Source: Octopus sinensis (taxonomy: Eukaryota). Taken from it: DNA of 64,000 nt. Of the stretch, positions 42,524 to 58,362 are shown piece after piece. The notes under the pieces were generated by a model. It was not told where the DNA came from. It ran no database searches and saw nothing but the letters and a program-made list of their open reading frames with translations. Position numbers and translations under genes: made by a program. The stretch covers positions 107,818,001 to 107,882,000 of the forward strand of contig NC_043000.1 of NCBI RefSeq assembly GCF_006345805.1, read 5' to 3'. Position 1 is the first letter of the stretch, and each line of letters begins with the position of its first letter.

Positions 42524-42865
42524 CGAAGCTAAAAGCATCCAGCAGCTAACAGAAGCATCGCTAAATGGAAAATACACTTTAAGGATTATTATTGTTTACG
42601 TTTTACATCCTATTTCGAGGCAACTGCAAGACGTGCGACAGAATTACGGTCTATAATAGAAACATATAAAAAGCTAGAAATATTGCACATTCTTTCATCT
42701 TTCAGTTATGGTCCTACGAGGCCTCGCTTTGAAATAAACCAGTAAAATGTGAAACGTTATTTAAACGTATGCAACACACATGTCAAGAAAAGGCATCCAG
42801 AATATCAAACGCACACACTTAAACATATTATATAATATATATATATATAATATATATATATATAA

Positions 42866-42938
<73 letters not shown>

Positions 42939-45546
42939 TATATATATGATTATATAAATTCTGGATACATATATACTGCTTATATGGTCATACACAATCA
43001 TATATATATATATATATATATGCATGTAGGTATACATACATGCATGCAAACTACCCTGTTTGATGTTATCGAAATTCCAATGAAAGAGTGTTGATTCTAC
43101 GCTAAAATCCGAAAAGAAAGAATTAAAACATAAAACTAAGAATGTACACACACACACGCACACACACTCACACAGACAGACACAGACACACACGCACACA
43201 CACTCATACAGACACACACACACACACACACACACATACACACACACATATATATATACATACACATGTACATATACCTTCACGGATATGTACTTACAGA
43301 TATCTCTAACTTAACTTCCCCCATCCTCTTCAACACCATAACCCCCATCACTGCTGCCACCACTGCCGCCACCGACACTGCTAAAACCGCCACCACCACC
43401 ACCACCACTGCCGCCGCCGCCACCATAAACATAACAACGACCATTATATCTACGCTTCTCTTCTTTCATTGTTTTCACTATCATTATCACTATCACGCAC
43501 ACCATTTTATTATGGCAAATACAACTTTTACGTACGCCTCCGCCATCTTCTCAATCGTCATCCCCAATTTGATATTCGTAAACCTCAGTACCACTATCAC
43601 CAACACAATTACCGTCTTTCACTCTAGCACAATCTGCTATCACCATCTTCATTTTCACCATCACTTCCGTGACTGCCAACATTAACACCATCAATATTCT
43701 CACCTTATCAACTCACTTCAGCCCCACACTTAATTCAACCGTACAGCACTAACACTTCCCCACCTATAACTACCATTGCTTAAATATATTACCATTATCA
43801 CTCTAAAGAACCATCGCCATCACTACTCTTTCGAGCACATATATCCTTACCCTTATCGGACAAAAACAGCGTTATGCATCACATATATTACAAGAATCTG
43901 GTGATAAAGTGAAATTGACAATCCTCATTGCAGTACATGAAAATTGTCTACACGAGTGGTTCTTAAGAGGAGTCCATATGACGGTTGGAAGTCCCTATAA
44001 AAGCTTGTGCTTAAAACTGATGTGCAATAAATTGCTTATTTTTATACAACGCACAAATTATCTTCACAATCTTTCATTCAATTCCTGAAAATATTTCATT
44101 ACAGATATATAATAATGATTCATTTAAACAGCAGATAAATATTAGTAACATAGGTGTCAATGGGGTCCATAGCTCCCCAAAATGTTTGAGAAACTCTGAT
44201 CTACACTATTGATATCATAACTAATCTTTGGGGGCCCGAAACTCTGCTTAACATTATCCCTATACCTTGCACCGACATCATCAACTTCAACATTTCTACA
44301 GCCCATACTACAGGTCAATGAGCACCATCGATAACTGCACAACGGTATTTTTTCTTCCCAAAATATCTTTTTCTTTTGTGGGTAACTTGATTAGATCACA
44401 ATCCTTATTTAGTCCCTGAAGGCGAAAGAGAATATGCATTTTGTTGCACTCACTGTTTCGGGTAATGCATGTATCCATCCATCTTGCTACTTAATATTAT
44501 TCGCTCGACGTTTACCACTCTTATAGCCAATTCTGGCTTAGCTGGATTATTTTCCTCACGATTAGGATGCTGAATTTCAAGAATCAGTGCCAGTTCGAAT
44601 ACTAATGTAGTACTACACTAAGTGTAGAATTCGTGCTTACCTATTCTACAGTTTTATCGGTGCCTTCTCACCCACCGTATATGTCGTGTATATATATATA
44701 TATATATATATATTACTCAAACACATCTGTATATACATCCATACATGGATATACATACACATATATAATACCACATAATATAATATAATAAAATATAGAT
44801 ATATATATACATATATAACACACACATACACACACATATATATATATTTATATGTACGTTGAGTTTCTTTCAGTTTCCATCTACCAAATTCTGAGCCCAG
44901 GACCATGTGATTGAAAAGCAGACTTCTTACGATACACACGCACAAACCTGCGTCTATACAGCCACATCCTATCAAAAGTTTAAAAACAACATGCTAAATG
45001 GATACCTCTAGGCCTATAATAGAACATAGTTAATCTCTTTTGTAGGTTCTGTCGCTACATACATTTCCATTCAGTTTGACCTCATTTCGGTGTTTAACAC
45101 CATATACCTGAACCGAAACGACTCAGCGACGAACTTCAATCAATCTCCCACTGACTGTAATCTCGGTGATAGCTTTTGCAATATTCAGCTAACCGTTTTT
45201 GTTACATTTTTTAATTCCTTTTTCCCCTAAAGAAATAAATGGAAGTTAGGCTCTGTACAAGAAAAATTACGAACTGTAAAATCTTTCACCTAATTATCTT
45301 CCTGTCTATTTGATTTAATGCGTTCTTGCCCAATTGCTATCACTGCTATTTCTAGCATGAGAAGATACGCTTACGTTTACCATGTTGTTATTCTAACAAA
45401 TGTCATTATAACAAAACACATGAATACAACCACAACTGTCATATTGCTCTTCTCACTGAAGAATGCCTTATGCTAAGACAAAGACTTAACAATTAAAAGA
45501 GTGAGAACCTATATGCTTTTGGAGAGACAACAAATATCTTTATATG

Positions 45547-45712
45547 GGCGCAAGAGTGGCTTTGTAGTAAGTAGCTTGCTTGCCAACCACATAGTTCTGG
45601 TTTAAGTCCCACTACGTTGCACATTGGGCAAGTGACTTCTACTATAGCCTCGGCCGACCAAAGCCCCGTGATTGGATTTGGTAGACGGAAACTGAAAAAA
45701 TCCCGTCGTATA

Positions 45713-45756
<44 letters not shown>

Positions 45757-45990
45757 ATGTGTGTGTGTGTGTATGTCTGTGTGTGTATGTGTGCGTTTGT
45801 GTTTCTGTGTTTGTACTCCCACCATCGCTTGACAACTGATGTTGGTGTGTTTACGTTCCCGTAACTTCGCAGTTCGGCAAAAAAGAGACCAATAGAATAA
45901 GTACTAGGTTTACAAAGAATAAGTTCTGGGGTCGATGTGTTCGACTAAAGGCGGTGCTCCAGCATGGCCACAGTCAAACAAGTAAAAGAA
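45547..45990 (+). mobile_element. SINE family B, full length
   Basis: Same head, CORE-like ttgggcaagtgacttctac, internal (TA)n(TG)n and tail. Confidence 0.92.
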
Positions 45991-46052
45991 TATGTGTATG
46001 TTATATTTGTGCAAAATCACCGGAACTGATCTCAGAAACTGCAATGATATTA

Positions 46053-46250
46053 GTGGGATGTTGAAAAATTCCTGGCTTGGGTAAAAGAAAATACAGTAGG
46101 ATCAGTTAATTATGATTTTATTCAAATTATTCCCCTCTCAGATTCACACATTTAATGCAGTGGTCCTTCAGTTTTTCTAAGCCCTGCAAAAGAATTCGGA
46201 ACGTTGGACCTCCAACCAAGCCTTTCGGGAACTTTTCAGCACCCCTTTGT
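46053..46250. mobile_element. Mariner-derived MITE
   Basis: TIR pair gggatgttgaaaaattcc / ggaacttttcagcacccc. The interior resembles a mariner 3' end. Confidence 0.7.
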
Positions 46251-47379
46251 CCCTTCTAAAGTATTTGTTTGTTCTCTCATGAATTTATCAGCTAACCTAT
46301 AATTGTTGAATTGTTATTCACTGAAGAACAAGTGAAATGTGGATTTGACGTGAATTAGTTGTCGTCATTAATTTTATGATGTACCTGTATGATTTCAATG
46401 TAACCTGCTTTTACTTGCCATAAATCTTCATTCAACTCTTTCCATTCACCACTATTTCTCTCTTTCTCTCTTCGATTGTCTCCCTCCAAGTTTCTGCCTC
46501 TCTTTTCGAAAGCCTTGTTAATTGTATCTCTCTTGCTACTTACATTGTACCTCTCATTCAACATTAGTGTAATCCTCTCTCCCCTCCCTCTCTCATACGT
46601 TCTCTCCTTTCTCTACTGGCCCTTCGTCTTCATTGCAGACAACCAGCTCATTTTGGCCTATATTTTCGCTTATATACACAGCCACTATTTAAATCTAGCT
46701 ACGAGCAACTTACTCCCTATATTCGTTTCTCTCTTTCTTATTACAAACTTGTCTTTGACGGACACTATCATCTCCCTCGTCTCTCTCCCTTCTACCTCTT
46801 TATCATTCCATCACCCCCTATTTTCCTCTCACATCCCTTCTCTATTTTCTTCCGATTCTCCGGTTTTAACTCGTCATTCCATCATTATTTCTCACAGTTC
46901 AACGCTCTCTCTCTCTCTCTTTCTCTGTCCATCTCTCCATTGCCCCCTCTTTCTCTCTCAGTTAGGTCTTTGTCATTTACCTTTGTTTGCAATTACACTG
47001 TTACTTCCACCTTTCAGGTTTGCGCACGCTACTCATTCCGTACTTCAATTCTTTTCCTTCACAATTTATCACATGTATTTCCGCTTCCTGCCGACCTTTT
47101 ATAGCTTTCTTTCACCTCGTGGCCATTAAATATTACTTTACAAATGGCGTTTGTTAATTCAATGTAGTTCATTGTCCAATTAAGAAAACTCGTATGACCT
47201 GCGCTTAGTTTTCAAATCTCTTGGCGTTCATTTTATTTCCTCTTGCCCACCACTGTAATCACTGCTTTTACCTCTCCTTCCACCTTCCTTATATATTCTA
47301 CTCTTTCCATTACCCAATCTCTGTCTTTTCCCTCTCGCTAGTCATAAGATATTTATCGCGTACTCCCAGACGAAGAGAT

Positions 47380-47760
47380 TTATCCAGAGAAAATGCTTCC
47401 GAAGGAAAAAAAATGCTTAGCAGTATTTATTCGGGCACCTTAAGTTCTGTGTTCAAATTCTGTCGAAATCTACCTTGCATTTCATCCTATTAAAGTTAGA
47501 ATAATTACCACATGAACATTGGAGTCTGTAATAGACTCACCAATCTTCCCTAAAATTGCTGGCTAGTGCCAAAATTTGAAACCATTTAAACATAGTGATT
47601 TGGCAGAATGCAAAAAAATGCCAGACAAAATGCATAATGTTATTTCTTCCGGTACTTTATGTTCAAAATTCAAATTCTGTCGAGGTCGAATTTATCTTCC
47701 GTCATTTAGGTGTCAAACAAATAGATACAAGTTGAGCACTGGCTCAATTTAATCGCGGTA
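47380..47760 (+). mobile_element. Two decayed SINE family A copies in tandem
   Basis: aaaatgcttagcagtattt...ttctgtgttcaaattctgtcga, repeated at ~47620-47700. Confidence 0.7.
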
Positions 47761-47849
47761 TAAACTTCCTTTGTTTGTCTCAATATATTCTTATTATTTT
47801 ACCCAAGAATATGTTGCCATAGGATTCAATGAACTTTAGACATATATAT

Positions 47850-48220
47850 ATAGCATGGCTGTGTGGTTAAAACAAATCATTTTGTAACTATATAGTTTCG
47901 GGTTCAATCCCACAGTCCAGCATTTTGGACAAGTGTTTTCTACTATAGCCACGAGACGACAAGTGCTTTGTCAGCGAATTTGGTTAATGGTAACTGTGTG
48001 GAAACCCATCGTATGTATAACCGCTTGTGTATGCTATGCGTGTCTGTGTGTTCCAACCAACGATTGACAACCGGTGTTGGTTTGTTTACGTCTCCGCAAT
48101 TTAGCGATTTGGCAAAATTGCTGAATAGGATTAATACCAGACATCACAAATAAGTACTGAAGTGGATCAGCTCGATTGAAACCCCTTCAATGCATTGCCC
48201 CAACATGGCACAGTCAAAAG
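47850..48220 (+). mobile_element. SINE family B, old and decayed
   Basis: gcatggctgtgtggtt...ggacaagtgttttctactatagcc...gacaaccggtgttggtttgtttacgtc. Confidence 0.75.
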
Positions 48221-48359
48221 ATACGAGACGAAACATGAAAGATATGCCTAAAATAGGTATTCTCTATATTCGTGTTTCAACAAGTTGTACGGTGGTGTAT
48301 ATGTACAGAAGAGTTATCCTGAAAGTAGTCACGTCTTCTACAGGTGTTCGATGGGAGGA

Positions 48360-50260
<1,901 letters not shown>

Positions 50261-51044
50261 CGTGTGATTGTCGATGTGCATGTGCATACGGATTAATATT
50301 GATCTCTATGTGTGTATCGGATCAAGCGATGAAAAATAGGTTTATTGCTATATTTCCCTATCCTTTGACCTTTTAATCTCTTGAATCTTTACACCGGATT
50401 TGAACGAATGGATGTCCAATATTAATATATGTATGGAAAATCAATTCTTCCAAACCAACGACTGCGATACAGTTTCAAATTGTCTTTGGAGCTAATTCAT
50501 TTACAACATTTATGCTTTCAAAAGTCTGATACGTGATAAACTAGTATTTCTCTTTTCGGAGAAAGAAGACCTTACTTGTAAATGCATAAAAGTAATCAAG
50601 AAATTTTCTGGTTGCCACATAACATGTTGCATTCTGGCTTCATCTTTAGGTCAATAAAAATACAGCGTATAAAGTATATTTGTTCTGAAATTTTCTGTTG
50701 CGTTATTTTCGGATACGAGTCCCCGTCTTTTTTTATTTCTTTACTTGTTTCAGTTATGGTATTGTGGTCATGCTCGTTACCGCCTGGGAGTGTGTTAATT
50801 AAACAAGTCGATCTTAGAACTAATATTCTTTCTAAGGTACTCATTCTATCAACTTCTTTTGTCGCATCGCAATATTACAGGGACGGAAACGACCAAACAT
50901 CTGCTGTAAGACGGTGTAAGGATGGAGTCAAACAAACACACAAATACACACTCACATACACACACAGACACAGACACACATACTTTCATATATATACATA
51001 TATATAAATTAAATCTCCATATGCATATATATATATACATATGT

Positions 51045-51198
51045 ATGTAGCTGTGTGTTAAGTAGCTTGCTTACCATCCACATAGTTCTGGGTTCATTCC
51101 TACTGCGTGGCACTTGGGCAAGTGTCTTCAACTATAGCCTCGGGACGACCAAAGCCTTGTGAGTGGATTTGGTAGACGGAAACTGAAAGAAGCCAGTC

Positions 51199-51248
<50 letters not shown>

Positions 51249-51478
51249 GTGTGTGTGTATTTTTATGTGTTTGTGTTTGTCCCCCTCCCCAAACATCACT
51301 TGACAACCGATGGTGGTGTGCTTACGTCCCCGTAAGCTAGCGGTTGAGCAAAAGAGCCCGATAGAATAAGTACTAGGCTTACAAAAAAATAAGTCATGAT
51401 GTCGATGTGCTCGACTAAAGGCGGTGCTCCAGCATGGCCACAGTCAAATGGCTGAAACAAGTAAAAGAATTAAAGAGT
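51045..51478 (+). mobile_element. SINE family B, full length
   Basis: gtagctgtgtgttaagtagcttgc...gcggtgctccagcatggccacagtcaaatggctgaaacaagtaaaag. Confidence 0.92.
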
Positions 51479-51483
51479 AGAGA

Positions 51484-51533
<50 letters not shown>

Positions 51534-52054
51534 TGTGTGCGTGCGTGCGTGTGTATGTGTGTGTGTGTGTGTATACGTTTGTATGTATACATTACACGAA
51601 GGTTTTCCACATAATCTCCATCAACCAAATTTCCTCATAAGACATTGGTCTCTCTAGTCTCATACACATCTGCCAGGGCTGTGCAGTGGGACTGAACCCA
51701 AAAGTACGTGTTTCGAAAGTGGAGTTCTTAACTGCATTGCCGTAGCCTAATGTAATATAATTGGGAATTGAATGCTTTTGAGTTGTTCACTCTCCATTCA
51801 TATGGCCTTAATTTAATAACCTTTCCGGACATAACTACTTCTATAATGGAATACAAAACCAATGCTCTTTCTAATATCGTTTTGTGGTAGGTGTGCACGG
51901 AAATTTATATTGTGTGCAAATTTGATCTTTCTTTGCAACGTATGTGCACATCTATTCAAATAACAGTCACTCAAATTTCTTCAATGAAATACAGGTTTGA
52001 TTTTGATTTTGAAAACATTATGTGTGCACGTCTTTTTTCTTTTTAACTCCATAG

Positions 52055-52570
52055 TTACAAAAAGTTGTGCGTCTTATTGTAAAAGCTACGACATTGAATC
52101 TACCCAGTATTATCTCCTTTCGGTATTTCACATTGAGGGAGGGGAAAGAGCCAGAAAAGGCCGTCCAAGAATCCTTTGGGAAGAAGCAATGGTAAGAGAG
52201 AATTTTTTTCTCCACGGTAACTCACATAAAGTTCGTTTATTCTTAATCACTGCTCGGTGCTGAAGTTGTTATATTAATCTCAACCAAGGGGTCGAATGAA
52301 TCTGACTGGTTTTTTTTTAGCTAAAGCAACGGCATTGAATTTGCTCAGGGTTATCTCCCTTCGGTATTTCCCATTGGGGAAGACTGAAGAGCCAGAAACA
52401 GCCGTCTTGGAATCTGGTAAGCTGAAGGACTTGGTAGATATAGTATTTTTACAAATTTTTTTGTAAGAAAGAAAATTTTCACCTCGGTAATTACAGTGAA
52501 TTTCCCTCCAGAAGTTATAAGTCACAAGCTTATTTTAAATAACCTAAAGTTCTTTAATTTATAATCACTG
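52055..52570. repeat. Diverged duplication with 241-bp core offset
   Basis: The cores 52082-52165 and 52323-52406 align without gaps. Downstream blocks gtaag..agaa..ttttc.cc.cggtaa and aaagttc..t.att..taatcactg are also duplicated. Confidence 0.85.
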
Positions 52571-53003
52571 TTTATTTATAATCATTAGCGGGTCGATAAA
52601 AGAGACAGCTAAAATAAGTATTAGGCTTAAGTCGATTTGTTCTACTAAAATCCTTTAAGGAGGTGCTCCAGCATGGCTGCAGTCAAATGACTGATACAAG
52701 TAAAAGAGTAAAAAAGAGAATATACAAAAGTATAAATAAATTGAATTAATATAAAATAATTCATTTATTAGTTGGTGTTTTTAGTACATGACGTGTGAGA
52801 TAAACCATAGGACACTCCATCTATGGACAAGCGCCGAAGCCTATTCCTTCGTCGTTTTCACGGAGATTATAAGCTTGATGTATTACAAACTCTGTATAAG
52901 TTTTTAGTTTATGCCATTTCTTACAGGTTTCGTCAACAGGTTTTCTCTACAGAGTTGCAGTAACCTAATCCTTCGAGACACTGATATTCACATACACGTT
53001 TCC

Positions 53004-53048
<45 letters not shown>

Positions 53049-53049
53049 C

Positions 53050-53283
53050 TTATTTCTTTACTCCCCACAAGGGGCTAAACACAGAGGGGACAAACAAGGA
53101 CAGACAAACGGATTAAGACAATTATATCGACCCCAGTGCGTAACTGGTACTTATTTAATCGACCCCGAAAGGATGAAAGGCAAAGTCGACCTCGGCGGAA
53201 TTTGAACTCAGAACGTAGCGACAGACGAAGTACGGCTACGGATTTCGCCCGGCGTGCTAACGATTCTGCCAGCTCGCCGCCTT
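53050..53283 (-). mobile_element. SINE family A (alternative-tail subfamily), young and intact
   Basis: ccccacaaggggctaaacacagagggg...gaccccgaaaggatgaaaggcaaagtcgacctcggcggaatttgaactcagaacg...gccagctcgccgcc. Confidence 0.93.
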
Positions 53284-53574
53284 CTCTGTGTCTGTTTCTG
53301 TCTCTTTGTCTGTCTCTGTTGCCAGTTTGCCTGCGTACCTGTCTCTCTGTCTGTTTGCCGGCCTGCGTGCCTGCGTACCTGTCTGTCTCTTTGTCTGTCT
53401 CACTCTCTTTCTCTCTCTCTCTCTCTCGAAATAATTTATACATCTGAAGTTATTAACAAATGTTTCATGTTACTGATCGATATGTTCACTGATATAAAAT
53501 CTGTGGTAGCAGGATCGCATTCCTAAATGAGTTCAACAAATTATTTATCCCGCTTAGCTAAACATATAAACTCA

Positions 53575-55499
<1,925 letters not shown>

Positions 55500-55504
<5 letters not shown>

Positions 55505-56948
55505 GTGGGCACTGCTAACCGCTAAACGCTAACTGGTAACCGTTAACTTTTATCATATGAATTTATTTTCGGTTCGGTTTTTGGGGTTTAAAACCCCTTA
55601 GACACAGACGTAGAGAGCTGAAAATTTCATGATGTAGCTTAGATATGGAGCTTTCCAAAAAGGTATACCATGCCAAGATCCGATGATGATCAAGGTGTAC
55701 ACAAATAATTAAATGAACAAATGAAGTTAAACCTTAATTTTTCAGTCAGCATACACTTTTATTTACTGTACAAAAAGAACAAAACGAATCAAGGTATAGT
55801 ATAGCATAGGTATCATGACAGAATAGGATGGTGATCAAGGTGTACTACTCTGGCTGACGTGATGCTGGTTGCTCTTCATAAATAAAACCTGTGAATGCGA
55901 GATGTTATAGGTAACGGTCAAAGTTCATGACCTTTTGACCTCTGCTGCCTTTTTACGGAATAAATTTGCTATATGATTTCCATGAACTTGTAGATCTTGA
56001 CCAGGCAATCATTTTAAGAGGTTATGTGAAATATTTTGGCGAAAAGTTGCAAAGTTACAGCTAATTTTCTTCTTTCAGAGGTAAAAGTGGGCGTGGTAAA
56101 AAAAAGGCCATGGAGTGATGTGGGGGGTATCTTCAATCCCAATTTTTTGCTGCATGAAAATACCCATTAAAGTAAATCGCAAGGGGTGGGGGTGAAACAT
56201 GACCCCCATTAGCCCATGCCTAAATTTGATAAACTTGTATAATTTCAATTTATAAATATATTGTAAGAAGCTCCTCCGGCTGTTTATGGCTGACCAAGAT
56301 CATCCTGCCCAGAGAGCGGCGGGACATCGATGTCATGCTGGGGTTCAGCATTTTGATCAGGCCGACTCCACTAATTGCAGCAGTAACATGTGTCGACAAA
56401 CAGGTCTATAATCCTTCTGTCCACCATAGACTAACGGACGTCAGCGCCAGCAGTTTGGGCAAACGCCTCGTCAATGCTGGGTTGGCGTGCATTCTTTGCA
56501 CATGGCTGCGACGACTGGCTATTACCACTGCTACTAGAAGATTATCTGTGTTTCTCACTGGAAGAGCCGGCGTTGATCCTCTCCTAAAACTGGATGGCAT
56601 GCGCTGGGTATCTTTTCTTGACATGCGACTTCTAGTTGTAGAGGCTAGCGGTTTGTCTCTTGATGGTGGTCTCCTTGGGCTGGCACAGGACGCACTGAAA
56701 GTACGTGATTTTGGCGTTCCGCTTATCCCTTGACGTAAGTACAAAGTAGTCCTCCATGTGGGGTCACGGGTTATGAGACTCTTGGCTCTCAACCTGATCG
56801 ATCTCTGCCTCACCCACAGGCGTTGCAGGCACCTCAAGCGGCCCTTCATCCCCAGGCTAAAGTTAGCAAAAACGCTAATCCGCTCACCCAAATGTTCGTT
56901 TCGCTAATTAGCTGTTACCTGTTATTAGCGGAACCATACCCACCACTG
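55500..56948 (-). mobile_element. Internally deleted hAT-superfamily DNA transposon with both termini
   Basis: TIRs caatggtggg (55500) and cccaccactg (ends 56948), subterminal GCTAA/CGCTAA repeats at both ends, and flanks tatatata/tacatata (7/8 match, compatible with an 8-bp TSD). Confidence 0.8.
56270..56856 (-). pseudogene. BED zinc-finger N-terminus of a hAT transposase (ZBED1-like), with stops and a frameshift
   Basis: NP*PHMEDYFVL...YFQCVLCQPKETTIKRQTASLYN*KSHVKKRYPAH...SMVDRRIIDLFVD / MLPLQLVES..KMLNPSMTSMSRRSL. This gives the CxxC...H motif of a BED finger followed by the hAT hermes-type DNA-binding region. Confidence 0.85.
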
Positions 56949-56961
56949 TACATATATATAT

Positions 56962-57013
<52 letters not shown>

Positions 57014-57022
57014 TATATATAT

Positions 57023-57107
57023 CACCGTGACCGACCAGCTATCAGATGTCGCGACACATCGCTGGTCACAATGCGCTTCGCATTGTTTTAGCCTTCAAAT
57101 GACGCCA
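57023..57107 (-). mobile_element. 3' tail of a family C-type SINE, abruptly truncated
   Basis: caccgtgaccgaccagctatcagatg...ctggtcacaatgcgcttcgcattgttttagccttcaaatgacgcca is the recalled tail of this SINE. The sequence switches to the AT-rich block immediately after. Confidence 0.75.
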
Positions 57108-57390
57108 AACTAAATAAATTTATTATTCCATTATTACTTACGTAAATATTAAATATTAATGTAATATATTTATGAAATATATTAAAAAATTAAAGATGAA
57201 AAAGCAAATTCTAAACGTATAGCCTATCTTTGAAAAAATCGTATAACTATTTAACAATCTATATATCTCGTTGGCTCTACGTTTATAATTTGCTTTTTCA
57301 CTTTTAATTTTTTAATATATTTCATAAATATCTTGCATTAATATTTAATATTTACGTAAGTAATAATGGAATAATTAATTTATTTAGTTT
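57107..57390. repeat. 118-bp AT-rich inverted repeat (hairpin) with a 48-nt loop
   Basis: Arms 57107-57224 and 57273-57390, with 7 mismatches counted by hand. Confidence 0.95.
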
Positions 57391-58299
57391 TCATTATACG
57401 TCTATATATTTATTGATAGAGAAATTTTTAGATCTTAATTATTATATTTATTCATAATACTTTAGTTATTATTCTTAAATATTTTATAATTATTAGATTT
57501 GAACTTCAATTTACAAATATGACTAGTGATTATTTTGTTAAATAATTTGGTAATTAGATATTAACTATAACTGATATTAGGATATTCGTAAGTTTATTAT
57601 ATTTTTAAAGCCATATTATATCCTAATAGATAAATACATTTTCTATCTATTTTTACCTTAAAAATTAATATTTAACATTATAATTGGGTTGTATGACATA
57701 ATCCTAATTGTTAAAGTTTCTAATTTGATAATACAAAAATTTTTATAAGAAAAATTATTATTTTATTTATTTCTTAAAAAATACTGTTTAAATATATTTG
57801 CTTATTTATTTAACTATTATCATTAACCTGAAGATTGACCATAATTATAATTCGAATTTTTAATTTAATTTAAATTAATTGTAATTCGAATTGGGTTATG
57901 GCCATGAAACATACGTAGTGGTTTTTACTTATCATATTATATTAAACTTTTTAATACATTTTGATAGTTATAAAAAAAAAATTAAAAATTCAAAAATTAA
58001 AAGTTTAAAAATTTTTTAATTTAAAATTTAAAAAATATAAAAAATATAAAAATTTATAAATATAAATTAAAAATTTTAAATTCAAATAATTTAAATTTTG
58101 AATTTTATATTTCATATATTTTGTATATTATATTAATTATATTTATTTTTATGTTTTGCTTTATGTTTTTCACTGTTTGATTTGCCTAATAGTGGTTTTA
58201 TCTCTAATTTAATTTATATTTATAATGTGAAATTTGATTTATCCTAAATCTAATTTTTCTTTGTAAGTTGGATTTACTCCTAATACTATTATTTATATA

Positions 58300-58362
<63 letters not shown>

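Noticed and set aside
43266-43685. Thr/Ala/His-rich mucin-like ORF
   Set aside because: Derived from decayed (ACC)/(GCC)/(ATC) repeats; no signal peptide or splice support.
46476-47129. 217-aa hydrophobic ORF resembling a membrane protein
   Set aside because: The underlying DNA is decayed CT-rich low-complexity sequence giving L/S/F/P bias, with no recognisable motif.
56335-56891. 132-aa (+) and 161-aa (-) ORFs from the track
   Set aside because: They are shadow frames of the stop-interrupted hAT transposase in a third frame.
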